Of a stretch of DNA of 38,657 bases, positions 16,196-23,997 are shown piece by piece. The DNA comes from Candidatus Moranbacteria bacterium GW2011_GWC2_37_8. Its GTDB lineage: Bacteria; Patescibacteriota; Minisyncoccia; Moranbacterales; GWC2-37-73. Made by a program: the position numbers and the translations under genes. Positions within the stretch are counted from its first letter, which is position 1. Each line of letters begins with the position of its first letter. The stretch lies in contig LBTS01000026.1 of assembly GCA_000992165.1 (NCBI GenBank), positions 1 through 38,657 on the forward strand, given 5' to 3'. Below the pieces are notes generated by a model. The model saw only the letters and a list, made by a program, of their open reading frames with translations, was not told the DNA's origin and did no database searches.

Positions 16196-16298
16196 CCCCG
16201 CTTAGAAATTTCATTTTTATTGTCAAAACTGAAATTTTATATTTTAATTTTCAGATTTTACAAGTTACAAAAAAACTACTTTCGAAATTTCTAACGGG
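16196..16298. mobile_element. MITE-like insertion with 15-17 bp terminal inverted repeats and a 5 bp direct flank
   Basis: Left TIR CCCCGCTTAGAAATTTC (16196-16212). Right TIR GAAATTTCTAACGGG (16284-16298). GTCAA lies on both flanks (16191-16195 and 16299-16303). Confidence 0.45.
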
Positions 16299-16356
16299 GT
16301 CAACCCTATCAAACACCCAACAAAAACCATGGCGATTCATCAATAATATTATACAC

Positions 16357-16385
16357 GCAAAAAATTAATCTTTAATAAAGATTAA
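16357..16385 (-). terminator. Intrinsic terminator after rseP
   Basis: TTAATCTTT (16365-16373), loop AAT, AAAGATTAA (16377-16385). TTTTTT follows on the minus strand (16364-16359). Confidence 0.55.
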
Positions 16386-16450
16386 TTAGTTTAATAGGGT
16401 AAAAAGTTGAAAAATTAACAGAAAAACTTCCAATTCATACAGCGGATACC

Positions 16451-17584
16451 CTAGAATATTCCACCTAGGCCATATCGCATCAAGTCGTTCACAACCAAAT
16501 AAACCATCAAAAGCATCAGAAGAAAAAATCCAATCGTATGCAAGGTACCCTCAGTTTCTTGCGAGACAGGCGAACCTTTTATCTTTTCAATTAAGACAAA
16601 CAAAATACGACCTCCATCAAGAGCAGGAATTGGCAAGATATTCACAATACCTAAATTCACACTAAGAAGTGCAGCTAATTGCACAATTGAAGAAAAGCCA
16701 AGTGCTGTTGCCTGCTTGGTGAAATGAGCTATAGCAAGAGGTCCTCCGATATTTGATACGTCGCCCGCAAAAAGACTTTTAATCACAATCCCCATCATAA
16801 CAAGCACATTCCACATCACTACTGGCCCCTGCTTGATTGCTTCCCATGGCGTGTATTTCACAAAAGTAGTCTGAGCTAAGCCTATTCCCAAAAGACCTTC
16901 TCCGACTGGTGCTTCCAAGCGTGGAACACCAGTAAAATCGAACAAATCCGAACCTCTTGAAATTTGCAGCGTAATTTCCATTCCTTTATTGTCGGCCACA
17001 AAAGCTTGCAATTCCGCGATGTTAGCGAATGTTTGAGCGCAACGTGCGTCTTCTCCAACGCACTTTATCACTGTGTCGCCTTCCCGAATTCCCATCTCGT
17101 AGGCAGGACTCTTGGCAACCACGGAAGCAATTTGAATTTTTGTTCCAGAAACAGAAGTGTCATTTTGATCAACTTCTTGATTTATACCCATCGTCAAAAG
17201 CCATGAAAACAAAACCCAAGCCAAAATAAAATTCATCGTAACACCCGCAGCTAAAACTTTTATTCGAATCCAGGCTGATTTTGCAGCAAAACTATCTTTT
17301 TCTTTTTTTCCTTCACCATCTTCTCCCTTTATTTTCACAAAACCACCCAAAGGAAACCAATTCAAAGAATAGATAGTATTTTTCGATTCAATATGCTTAT
17401 TGCCTATGACAAATTCCCATTTTCCTTTTTTTTCATCTTTATAAACACCTACTGCGCGAGGTGGAAAACCAAATCCGAATTCATCGCATTTTATTCCATT
17501 CCTACGAGCCACCACGAAATGACCTAGTTCATGAACGAAAACAAGAACACCCAGAATAATTAGAAAAACAAGGAGAGTCAGCAT
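16451..17584 (-). CDS. rseP: RseP-type site-2 zinc metalloprotease (M50)
   Basis: 377 aa. HELGHFVVAR HExxH in TM1, central PDZ-like region, C-terminal NLLPIPALDGG-like motif (ILPIPALDGG). Confidence 0.9.
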   Translation of the reverse strand: MLTLLVFLIILGVLVFVHELGHFVVARRNGIKCDEFGFGFPPRAVGVYKDEKKGKWEFVIGNKHIESKNTIYSLNWFPLGGFVKIKGEDGEGKKEKDSFAAKSAWIRIKVLAAGVTMNFILAWVLFSWLLTMGINQEVDQNDTSVSGTKIQIASVVAKSPAYEMGIREGDTVIKCVGEDARCAQTFANIAELQAFVADNKGMEITLQISRGSDLFDFTGVPRLEAPVGEGLLGIGLAQTTFVKYTPWEAIKQGPVVMWNVLVMMGIVIKSLFAGDVSNIGGPLAIAHFTKQATALGFSSIVQLAALLSVNLGIVNILPIPALDGGRILFVLIEKIKGSPVSQETEGTLHTIGFFLLMLLMVYLVVNDLMRYGLGGIF

Positions 17585-17622
17585 AAATATAATAACAAAA
17601 ATACACCCATGAATTATGGTTT

Positions 17623-17735
17623 ATAATTTTGAATTTTTAATTTTGAATTTTGATTCAATTTTTTAATGTTTTAATTTTGAAACATTCAGTCATTCAGATT
17701 TCATTCGAAATTAGAAATTCATAATTCGAAATTAT
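17623..17735. repeat. Inverted arrays of AATTTTGAA / TTCGAAATT words (intercistronic, frr-rseP)
   Basis: Left ATAATTTTGAATTTTTAATTTTGAATTTTGATTCAA. Right TTCATTCGAAATTAGAAATTCATAATTCGAAATTAT. Central hairpin AATGTT/AACATT. Confidence 0.65.
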
Positions 17736-17739
17736 CTTA

Positions 17740-18297
17740 TTAGACTGTCATCACTTCGATTTCTTTCTTAGCTCGAATATCTTCAATTTTCTTATTATAT
17801 TCCGCGACAATTTCTTGAACTTTTTCTTTTCCCTTGAATTCGTCGTCCTCAGAAATATCCCCAGCCTTTTCAGCTTCCTTAATTTCTTTCAAGATTTCCT
17901 CGCGAATTGAACGGATTGCAATGCGAGCTTCTTCAGCCTTCTGATTGAGCATTTTCACCATTTCCCTTCGCCTTTCCTCTGTCAACATTGGAATAGTAAT
18001 TCTAATCAAAATTCCATCATTAACCGGATTCAAATTAAGATCTGAATTTCTAATTGTTCCTTCAATAACACTCATAGCACTCCTATCCCACGGTTGAATC
18101 GTAATCTGCCGAGGTTCTGGAATGTTTATGGCTGCCATCTGTTTAAGTGGCGTCCTGGTTCCATAATAATCAATCAAAATATCTTCCACTAAAGAAGCAT
18201 TTGCGCGGCCTGTTCTGATTTTGCCGGTCTCTCCAATGAAATGCTCTATTGATTTATCCAAATCTTCCTTATGAGAATTTATGATTTCATTGTACAT
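17740..18297 (-). CDS. frr: Ribosome recycling factor
   Basis: 185 aa. Typical RRF pattern (GRANASLVEDILIDYYG, PMLTEERRREMVK). Confidence 0.95.
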   Translation of the reverse strand: MYNEIINSHKEDLDKSIEHFIGETGKIRTGRANASLVEDILIDYYGTRTPLKQMAAINIPEPRQITIQPWDRSAMSVIEGTIRNSDLNLNPVNDGILIRITIPMLTEERRREMVKMLNQKAEEARIAIRSIREEILKEIKEAEKAGDISEDDEFKGKEKVQEIVAEYNKKIEDIRAKKEIEVMTV

Positions 18298-18354
18298 ATA
18301 ATGTAATACTTAAGAGTTAATTATAAATTTTAATTTTTATACCATAACCTGACA

Positions 18355-19443
18355 CTAGAATTTACGCAAACCAGCATAAATCCTTGCAGGATTTACTACA
18401 TCGTATTTTATTATACTGATATCCTTATTTGTGTCTAGTTGGAAGGTTGACCATTTCTGGCCGCCATCAGTAGATTTATAAATTGCCTTGGCTGATGAAT
18501 ACATTATCTCCCGGGAATTCAATGGGTTAACAGCAATAGATCTCACAGGAAATGCCTTAGAGCTTTCAATAAGATTTAGAGCATTCCAAGATCCATCGCC
18601 ATTGCGCCGGAAAATTCCATTTCCCGTTCCTGCATACACGACTCCAGGGAAATATGGGTCGGTCGTCAGAGTGAAAACAGAGGAAACATTTCCTATTTTA
18701 TCAATTTGTTTTGTTGCATCTTCCAAAGTGGCTCCTCCATTCCTCGTTTCCAATATTCCCGTTTGAAAAACTGCAAAGAAAACATGCGCGTCACTCGCGG
18801 CGTCAAATCCGATATTAACTATCGGCGCATTTGAATTATTTTCCATTTTCAAATTAACCCATGTTTGTCCACCATCAGTAGTTTTAATAATCACTCCATT
18901 ACTTGTCCCTGCGTATAAAATTTGAGGATTCCTATTACTAATAGCTAAACTTGAAATTGTAGTGCCATCAGCTGGTTCAGTGTAAATCTCTTTCCATTCT
19001 TGTCCCTCAGCCAATCTTTTGAAAATCTTAGCTCGGCCATTAAAAATTCCACTACCATACATTATATCAGGATTACGTGGATCAAAAAGTAATCCGTAGG
19101 CTTTATCGGCATACGCAATTTGTGTCCAATTTTCACCGCCATCTTTTGTGACAAATAACCCGTTTGCAGCAGTTCCCAAATAAACAATATTCTGATCAAT
19201 TGGATGAATAGCCATCGTCAAAACATCCACGCCAGCAATATTTTTTTTATCATCAATCTTAATTTTTGGATTCCAAACTCCGCCTCCATCCTCTGATTTC
19301 AAAAATGTTGCATTAGCTATAGTATTTTTCACTGGCAAAACTGAAGTTGGCAAGCTGCAACCTGAAAGCAAAAAAGTTATCCCGAATAATGACAAGGCTA
19401 AGAATATTCTTTTGTTCATATTTTTTTCTTTTACTAAATTCAT
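18355..19443 (-). CDS. Lipoprotein with BNR/Asp-box repeats (Ycf48/sialidase-like beta-propeller)
   Basis: Lipobox LLSGCS. Asp-boxes SEDGGGVW, TKDGGENW, TTDGGQTW, STDGGQKW. Alternative start at 19419 (MNKRIF...). Confidence 0.7.
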   Translation of the reverse strand: MNLVKEKNMNKRIFLALSLFGITFLLSGCSLPTSVLPVKNTIANATFLKSEDGGGVWNPKIKIDDKKNIAGVDVLTMAIHPIDQNIVYLGTAANGLFVTKDGGENWTQIAYADKAYGLLFDPRNPDIMYGSGIFNGRAKIFKRLAEGQEWKEIYTEPADGTTISSLAISNRNPQILYAGTSNGVIIKTTDGGQTWVNLKMENNSNAPIVNIGFDAASDAHVFFAVFQTGILETRNGGATLEDATKQIDKIGNVSSVFTLTTDPYFPGVVYAGTGNGIFRRNGDGSWNALNLIESSKAFPVRSIAVNPLNSREIMYSSAKAIYKSTDGGQKWSTFQLDTNKDISIIKYDVVNPARIYAGLRKF

Positions 19444-19485
19444 TTATGTTAATTATAGCAAAGAATTGGCAAATAATCCATATAG

Positions 19486-19513
19486 TTGACGAGTTTTTTG
19501 TTTCTGATATAAT
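19486..19513 (+). promoter_or_regulatory. Promoter TTGACG-16-TATAAT for tRNA-Lys
   Basis: -35 at 19486-19491, -10 at 19508-19513, 40 nt upstream of the tRNA. Confidence 0.6.
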
Positions 19514-19553
19514 GAACCTTGTTACACAAAAAGCTTTCGATATTCATTGCTAT

Positions 19554-19626
19554 GGGCACATAGCTCAGTTGGTAGAGCAGCGGCCTTTTAAGCCGATGGT
19601 CGGGGGTTCGAATCCCTCTGTGCCCA
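19554..19626 (+). tRNA. tRNA-Lys (anticodon UUU), CCA not encoded
   Basis: Manual cloverleaf. Acceptor GGGCACA/TGTGCCC, D-arm GCTC-AGTTGGTA-GAGC, anticodon loop CTTTTAA, T-arm GGGGG-TTCGAAT-CCCTC, discriminator A. Confidence 0.92.
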
Positions 19627-19634
19627 CTAGATAA

Positions 19635-19668
19635 TTAAAGAACACCTTAGGGTGTTCTTTAATTTTTT
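19635..19668 (+). terminator. Intrinsic terminator after tRNA-Lys
   Basis: TTAAAGAACACC, loop TTAG, GGTGTTCTTTAA, then TTTTTT. Confidence 0.8.
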
Positions 19669-19717
19669 AATAGTGACTGGGAGTTTTAATTTGATTGATG
19701 GACTTTATGACTTAATA

Positions 19718-20215
19718 TTATCTTCCTCTCTTATTAATATATACAAGGAAAGCCAATGGCAATGCTAGCCATAAAAACTTAGCCCATGGCGAGGTAAAAT
19801 AGAAAAGCGCATCCTTTGAAACAAATTTTATAAGTGTTTTTTCACCAATAAAAGCCGCTAAAATACTCACAATTAAACCGACTTCCAGGAAACTCATAGT
19901 GAATATCTGCCAATAGGCAAGCCCTGAACCTGACAGATGAATATCAAAAGTATATTTTCCTAAGAGAGTTAGCAATATGACCGAAATCAAAAAGAGCATG
20001 ACTGACAAATTAGGGCTTGTGCCAACCACATCTTTAGGAATTGCCCACACGAGAGAGAACGATATATAGATATTAATCAGAACGCTATGCAAACGAAATC
20101 GTCCAACCAGAAGCCAAAATGCGACAGTTATAGCCAATATAACCAAAACCAAAGTCACTATTTCAGCACTAGTAACAGAAAGGCCCAGTATTCGAAAAAT
20201 TTTTTCTAATTGCAT
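19718..20215 (-). CDS. Multi-pass membrane protein, function unknown
   Basis: 165 aa with about 5 hydrophobic segments. ATG start. Confidence 0.6.
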   Translation of the reverse strand: MQLEKIFRILGLSVTSAEIVTLVLVILAITVAFWLLVGRFRLHSVLINIYISFSLVWAIPKDVVGTSPNLSVMLFLISVILLTLLGKYTFDIHLSGSGLAYWQIFTMSFLEVGLIVSILAAFIGEKTLIKFVSKDALFYFTSPWAKFLWLALPLAFLVYINKRGR

Positions 20216-20484
20216 GATTTTGTATGATTAAATTCTCGTTTTTAATGTTTGTATTTTACCATATTTATCTCCTGCCGCAAACATACTAACTAGCAATGCC
20301 AAGCTTCACGTCTGTCATCTTAATACATCCATATCTGACCAAGCTCAACCTCTCTGTCCTGAATACAGGACATCTCTCCTTATCTCAGGAGAGATAGGTA
20401 ATGAAGAAAGTTATTAGATAGTAGACAAAAGCTCATTATTGCTGTATACTTGTTTCAGCAAACAATATATTAAGTTAACATATT

Positions 20485-21981
20485 ATGGAGCAATCTGAAC
20501 TGCCTAGAAAAATATTCTTTTGGACATTAGTTGTCCTTTTTTGGTTTACCGCAACTGCCATCATAGGATATGCCTTTGGATACAGTTTCAGTTTCGAAAG
20601 AGGTGTTTTTGTTTATACTGGCTCAATTACGTTAAACACCACTCCCAAGGAGGTGAATGTCTTTGTTGATGGTGTTTTAATGCCTGCCAAAGCGCTTAAT
20701 GTTATCAATAATTCATATCATATTGGCGGAATCAAGCCAGGCTCATATCTATTGGAAGTAAAGTCTCCGGGCTATCAAACTTGGTCAAAACGAATATCTG
20801 TCCACAGCGGAATTTCAACTGAATTTTGGAACGTAATTCTAGCTCAAAATTCCTATGCCAGAGAAGATTATGAATCGCCAGGCATCCAAAAATTCTTCAT
20901 TTCTCCACGCAAAAATCTAGCAGCCTTTTCACAACAAGTTGAAAATGACTTTTTGGTTAAAATTTTCAATCCAGGGACTCTTGAAATGGACCAGGTTTTC
21001 ATAGCCAATGATTACAAGTTCACAGATGACAGCCGCGAAAATATTGAATGGTCTCCGCAAGCTCATCGCATAATTATCCCATCTATCAAAGACGGTGAAA
21101 AAAATTATTTCATCGCATTGATTGATAATTCTGAAAACCCGTTAGGTCTGAAAGAATTAACTGGGCACGGCAATCTTTCCCGTGTTCGCTGGGATCCTAA
21201 AAACAAGGATGTTCTTTTTTATATGTCGGATGATAATCTTTGGCGATTGGATTTGAATAATATCGAAAACAAAAAACAAGTTGTTGAGCACATTGCAAGT
21301 TATGACCTCTCCCCTAAAGCACTCTTCTATTTCCAACTTCCCGAGGGAATCGTATATAAAACAAATTTCGATGGATCTGATGCTCGAGAACAAATCACCA
21401 CATCTTCACCTGAAGATATGAATGATTCGTCTTACCAAATCATTGTCTATGATGATGATCGCATGGTGATGATGAACAAAAACCGCAATTTATACATATA
21501 TAATAAAGGAGAAATTGACACCTATTTTCACAAACTTTCCGTTAATGCTATCGGTTCGCAATTTTCGGATGATGGTAAGAAATTATTATTTTGGAGTGAA
21601 CGTGAAGTCTCAGCTTACTTTGTCCGCAAGTGGGAAGTTCAACCAACAAGGGCTGAGAATGAGACTATGCCGATAACAAACATGTCTGATAAGATTGAAA
21701 ATGTACAATGGACTCGTGACTATGAGCATGTCCTATTCACCAATAACAACAAAGTTAAATTGATTGAAATCGACAAGCGTGACAACCGCAACATGATGGA
21801 TATTCTTACTTTGAATGACAACAGCTCATTGCTAGTCGACAACTTCACTGACAATAAACTTTATTACACGGAAAAAAATGAGCAGGGACAAAATTCCTTG
21901 CACGCTATTTATTTCCCAGAGCGAACAAATTTCTTTGGCGACTTCTTCCAAAGCACAACAACGGTTGAAGAGCAAAAATAA
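20485..21981 (+). CDS. Membrane-anchored PEGA-domain protein with a TolB-like beta-propeller region
   Basis: N-terminal TM segment. PEGA-like VNVFVDGV...GGIKPGSYLLEVKSPGYQTWSKRISV. The C-terminal half has repeated WSP/W..D blades. Confidence 0.6.
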   Translation: MEQSELPRKIFFWTLVVLFWFTATAIIGYAFGYSFSFERGVFVYTGSITLNTTPKEVNVFVDGVLMPAKALNVINNSYHIGGIKPGSYLLEVKSPGYQTWSKRISVHSGISTEFWNVILAQNSYAREDYESPGIQKFFISPRKNLAAFSQQVENDFLVKIFNPGTLEMDQVFIANDYKFTDDSRENIEWSPQAHRIIIPSIKDGEKNYFIALIDNSENPLGLKELTGHGNLSRVRWDPKNKDVLFYMSDDNLWRLDLNNIENKKQVVEHIASYDLSPKALFYFQLPEGIVYKTNFDGSDAREQITTSSPEDMNDSSYQIIVYDDDRMVMMNKNRNLYIYNKGEIDTYFHKLSVNAIGSQFSDDGKKLLFWSEREVSAYFVRKWEVQPTRAENETMPITNMSDKIENVQWTRDYEHVLFTNNNKVKLIEIDKRDNRNMMDILTLNDNSSLLVDNFTDNKLYYTEKNEQGQNSLHAIYFPERTNFFGDFFQSTTTVEEQK

Positions 21982-22030
21982 ATGCAGTCATCAGTAATCG
22001 GTCATCAGTAATCAGATGAGATGTCTTCTG

Positions 22031-22062
22031 AACCTGTCCACTTCATAAGTGGACAGGTTTTA
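22031..22062 (+). terminator. Intrinsic terminator
   Basis: AACCTGTCCACT, loop TCATA, AGTGGACAGGTT, then TT(TT). Confidence 0.75.
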
Positions 22063-22132
22063 TAATGAGCCCTATACAGTCTCAAGTTCATAAAGTCTAT
22101 CGAGTTTGTAAAGTTTATGAAGAGAAGGAAAT

Positions 22133-22178
22133 GTCATTCTGAACTTGCCAGTCTCGGCTTTAGTCTGATTTCAGAATC
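22133..22178. repeat. REP/MITE-like unit (GTCATTCTGAA...TTCAGAATC variant)
   Basis: GTCATTCTGAACTTGCCAGTCTCGGCTTTAGTCTGATTTCAGAATC. Related fragments at 22023-22035 and 22214-22240. Confidence 0.5.
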
Positions 22179-22339
22179 TATTCCTTCATATCTCCAGCCT
22201 TACAAAAATCAAGATCCTGAAATAAATTCGGATTGAGGAAAATTTTTGCAATAAAAAAGGCCTGCAAACTGCCTCGCTATTTAGCGAAACAATTCACAAG
22301 CCTTGACCTAAGTGGCAAAAAAATCTATGCATAATCTGA

Positions 22340-22744
22340 TCATATTTCCAGAGTGAAGTAATCAAAGATGCCGGTCGGCTCAAAGACTACTACAAGCCTC
22401 GAACGTTCTTTGTTTTTCTTATGAAACATCAGATTGAGATTGATGCGGTTTTTTTCATTCTTGAAGGAAATTTCCGCAGAAATTCTGACCGTATTTTCCA
22501 ACGCCATCAGCAACTTCGCACATTCTTCATGTGGCATCATGCTATTTCGCTGACGACTAAGAATTTTCGAAGCTTCCACACCAAACAATTCAGATATTTC
22601 TCCCTCAGGAAATCTTTGACCGCTTGTTAGCCTCAGAACAACGAAATAAAACTCGTTTGCTTGTTTGAATCCTAATGAATCTAAAATCCAATCATAGTAA
22701 ATTAAAACGCTGTTGTTAATGACCAAACTTGTTCTCTTTATCAT
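22340..22744 (-). CDS. Orphan hypothetical protein (possible HTH segment)
   Basis: ATG at 22744 preceded by AGGAGG with a 6 nt spacer (the track ORF starts at an upstream GTG). 134 aa. ISELFGVEASKILSRQRN looks helix-turn-helix-like. Confidence 0.55.
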   Translation of the reverse strand: MIKRTSLVINNSVLIYYDWILDSLGFKQANEFYFVVLRLTSGQRFPEGEISELFGVEASKILSRQRNSMMPHEECAKLLMALENTVRISAEISFKNEKNRINLNLMFHKKNKERSRLVVVFEPTGIFDYFTLEI

Positions 22745-22816
22745 GATTTTCCTCCTTGAGGTGGGCTCATTACGGCCCATTTTTTGATATTCTGGCACTA
22801 TTTCAGCCAGTTGTTA

Positions 22817-22845
22817 ATTATATATCAATTTCCATTAAATGTCAA
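22817..22845 (-). promoter_or_regulatory. Consensus promoter TTGACA-17-TATAAT for the orphan gene
   Basis: Minus strand reads cTTGACAtttaatggaaattgataTATAATt. Confidence 0.65.
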
Positions 22846-22863
22846 GAGTAGCTTTGCACAAGC

Positions 22864-22890
22864 AAAAAAGCCTTTTGTAAAGGCTTTTTT
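22864..22890 (-). terminator. Terminator of the ribosomal-protein operon (after rpsI)
   Basis: AAAAAGCCTT, loop TTGTA, AAGGCTTTTT. T-runs on both strands. Confidence 0.8.
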
Positions 22891-22914
22891 GAGTATCGAA
22901 AGTATTTGTAATCT

Positions 22915-23496
22915 TTATCGTTTTGCCCACTGTGGAGCTTTTCGAGCTTTCTTCAGACCGGCTTTCTTTCGTTCAACTTCGCGAGCATCGCGAGTCATAA
23001 GTCCAAGGTCTTTCAAAGATTTCTTCAATTCTGGGTTGAAAACAACCAAAGCGCGAGAAATACCAAGTCTAACCGCTTCAACTTGTCCAGTAACACCACC
23101 TCCACGAACCAAAACTGTCATACGGAATTTTCCTTGCATTCCAACAGCCTTAAGTGGAGTCATGAAATTGTTTTGGAGGTTAATGGTTGGGAAATAGTCT
23201 TTCAATTTCTTTCCATTGATTACCAAATCGTTGTCAGTTGCCTTTTCGTCTGCATAAAGGCGCACTTGGGCAACCGATGTTTTGCGACGTCCTACAGCGT
23301 AGAAATAAGGATCGTTTGATTTCTTTACAACCTTTTCAGTCTTAACAGCTTTTGGAGCTTCAACTTTTTCCACTTTTTCAACTTTAGGAGCCTTTACAGC
23401 CTTAACAGCCTTCTCAGCTTTCGGAGCTGCGGCCTTAGCTGCCTTTTTTACAGGAGCTTTTTTAACTTTATCAGTTTCTGCCTTTTTTACTGCCAT
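22915..23496 (-). CDS. rpsI: 30S ribosomal protein S9 with a ~60 aa Lys/Ala/Pro/Val-rich N-terminal extension
   Basis: C-terminal 130 aa are canonical S9 (YAVGRRKTSVAQVRL...KKAGLKKARKAPQWAKR). The N-terminus is MAVKKAETDKVKKAPVKKAAKAAAPKAEKAVKAVKAPKVEKVEKVEAPKAVK. Confidence 0.95.
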   Translation of the reverse strand: MAVKKAETDKVKKAPVKKAAKAAAPKAEKAVKAVKAPKVEKVEKVEAPKAVKTEKVVKKSNDPYFYAVGRRKTSVAQVRLYADEKATDNDLVINGKKLKDYFPTINLQNNFMTPLKAVGMQGKFRMTVLVRGGGVTGQVEAVRLGISRALVVFNPELKKSLKDLGLMTRDAREVERKKAGLKKARKAPQWAKR

Positions 23497-23502
23497 AATA
23501 TT

Positions 23503-23596
23503 CAGGTTTTAGCTTTTTAGCTTTTTAGCTTTTTAGGAAATACATTCATGCCAATCCGGACCCCTAAGAAGCTAATAAGCTAATGCCTAATAAGCT
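23503..23596. repeat. TAGCTTTT-octamer palindromic element, full copy (rplM-rpsI gap)
   Basis: Left CAGGTTTTAGCTTTTTAGCTTTTTAGCTTTTTAGG. Right CCTAAGAAGCTAATAAGCTAATGCCTAATAAGCT. 21-position stem (23517-23537 with 23563-23583) containing 1 wobble and 1 mismatch. Confidence 0.85.
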
Positions 23597-23598
23597 TT

Positions 23599-23988
23599 TT
23601 AATGTGTAAATTCAATATTCTTAAAAGAGTGCTCGCTGCCTCCAAAAACATGCAGGCGAAGCATCATTTTATCACGCAATTTGTTCTTTGGAAGCATTCC
23701 GTAAACAGCATTTTGCATAACTTTTCCAGCGTCTTTCTTCAAAAGATCCTTTAGAGCGATAGCTGAGATACCTCCTGGATATCCACTGTATTTGTGGTAA
23801 ATCTTACCTTCTAACTTATTCCCTGTAACATGAATCTTTTCCATGTTAATCACAATAACAAAGTCACCTCCGTCAATGTGCGGGACATAGTCAACTTTAT
23901 TGCGTCCACTTAATGTCTTTGCTATTTCAGTTGCCAAGCGACCAAGCACTTTTCCCTGAGCATCAAAGAGATGATAATGTCTATTCAT
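23599..23988 (-). CDS. rplM: 50S ribosomal protein L13 (short, 129 aa)
   Basis: LFDAQGKVLGRLATEIAKTLSGRNK...GGDFVIVIN...KIYHKYSGYPGG. Confidence 0.95.
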   Translation of the reverse strand: MNRHYHLFDAQGKVLGRLATEIAKTLSGRNKVDYVPHIDGGDFVIVINMEKIHVTGNKLEGKIYHKYSGYPGGISAIALKDLLKKDAGKVMQNAVYGMLPKNKLRDKMMLRLHVFGGSEHSFKNIEFTH

Positions 23989-23997
23989 AATATTATT

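Noticed and set aside
23503-23537. Tandem octamer arrays as a CRISPR-like array
   Set aside because: The period is 8 nt with no unique spacers. The repeats are far shorter than CRISPR repeats, and no cas genes are present.
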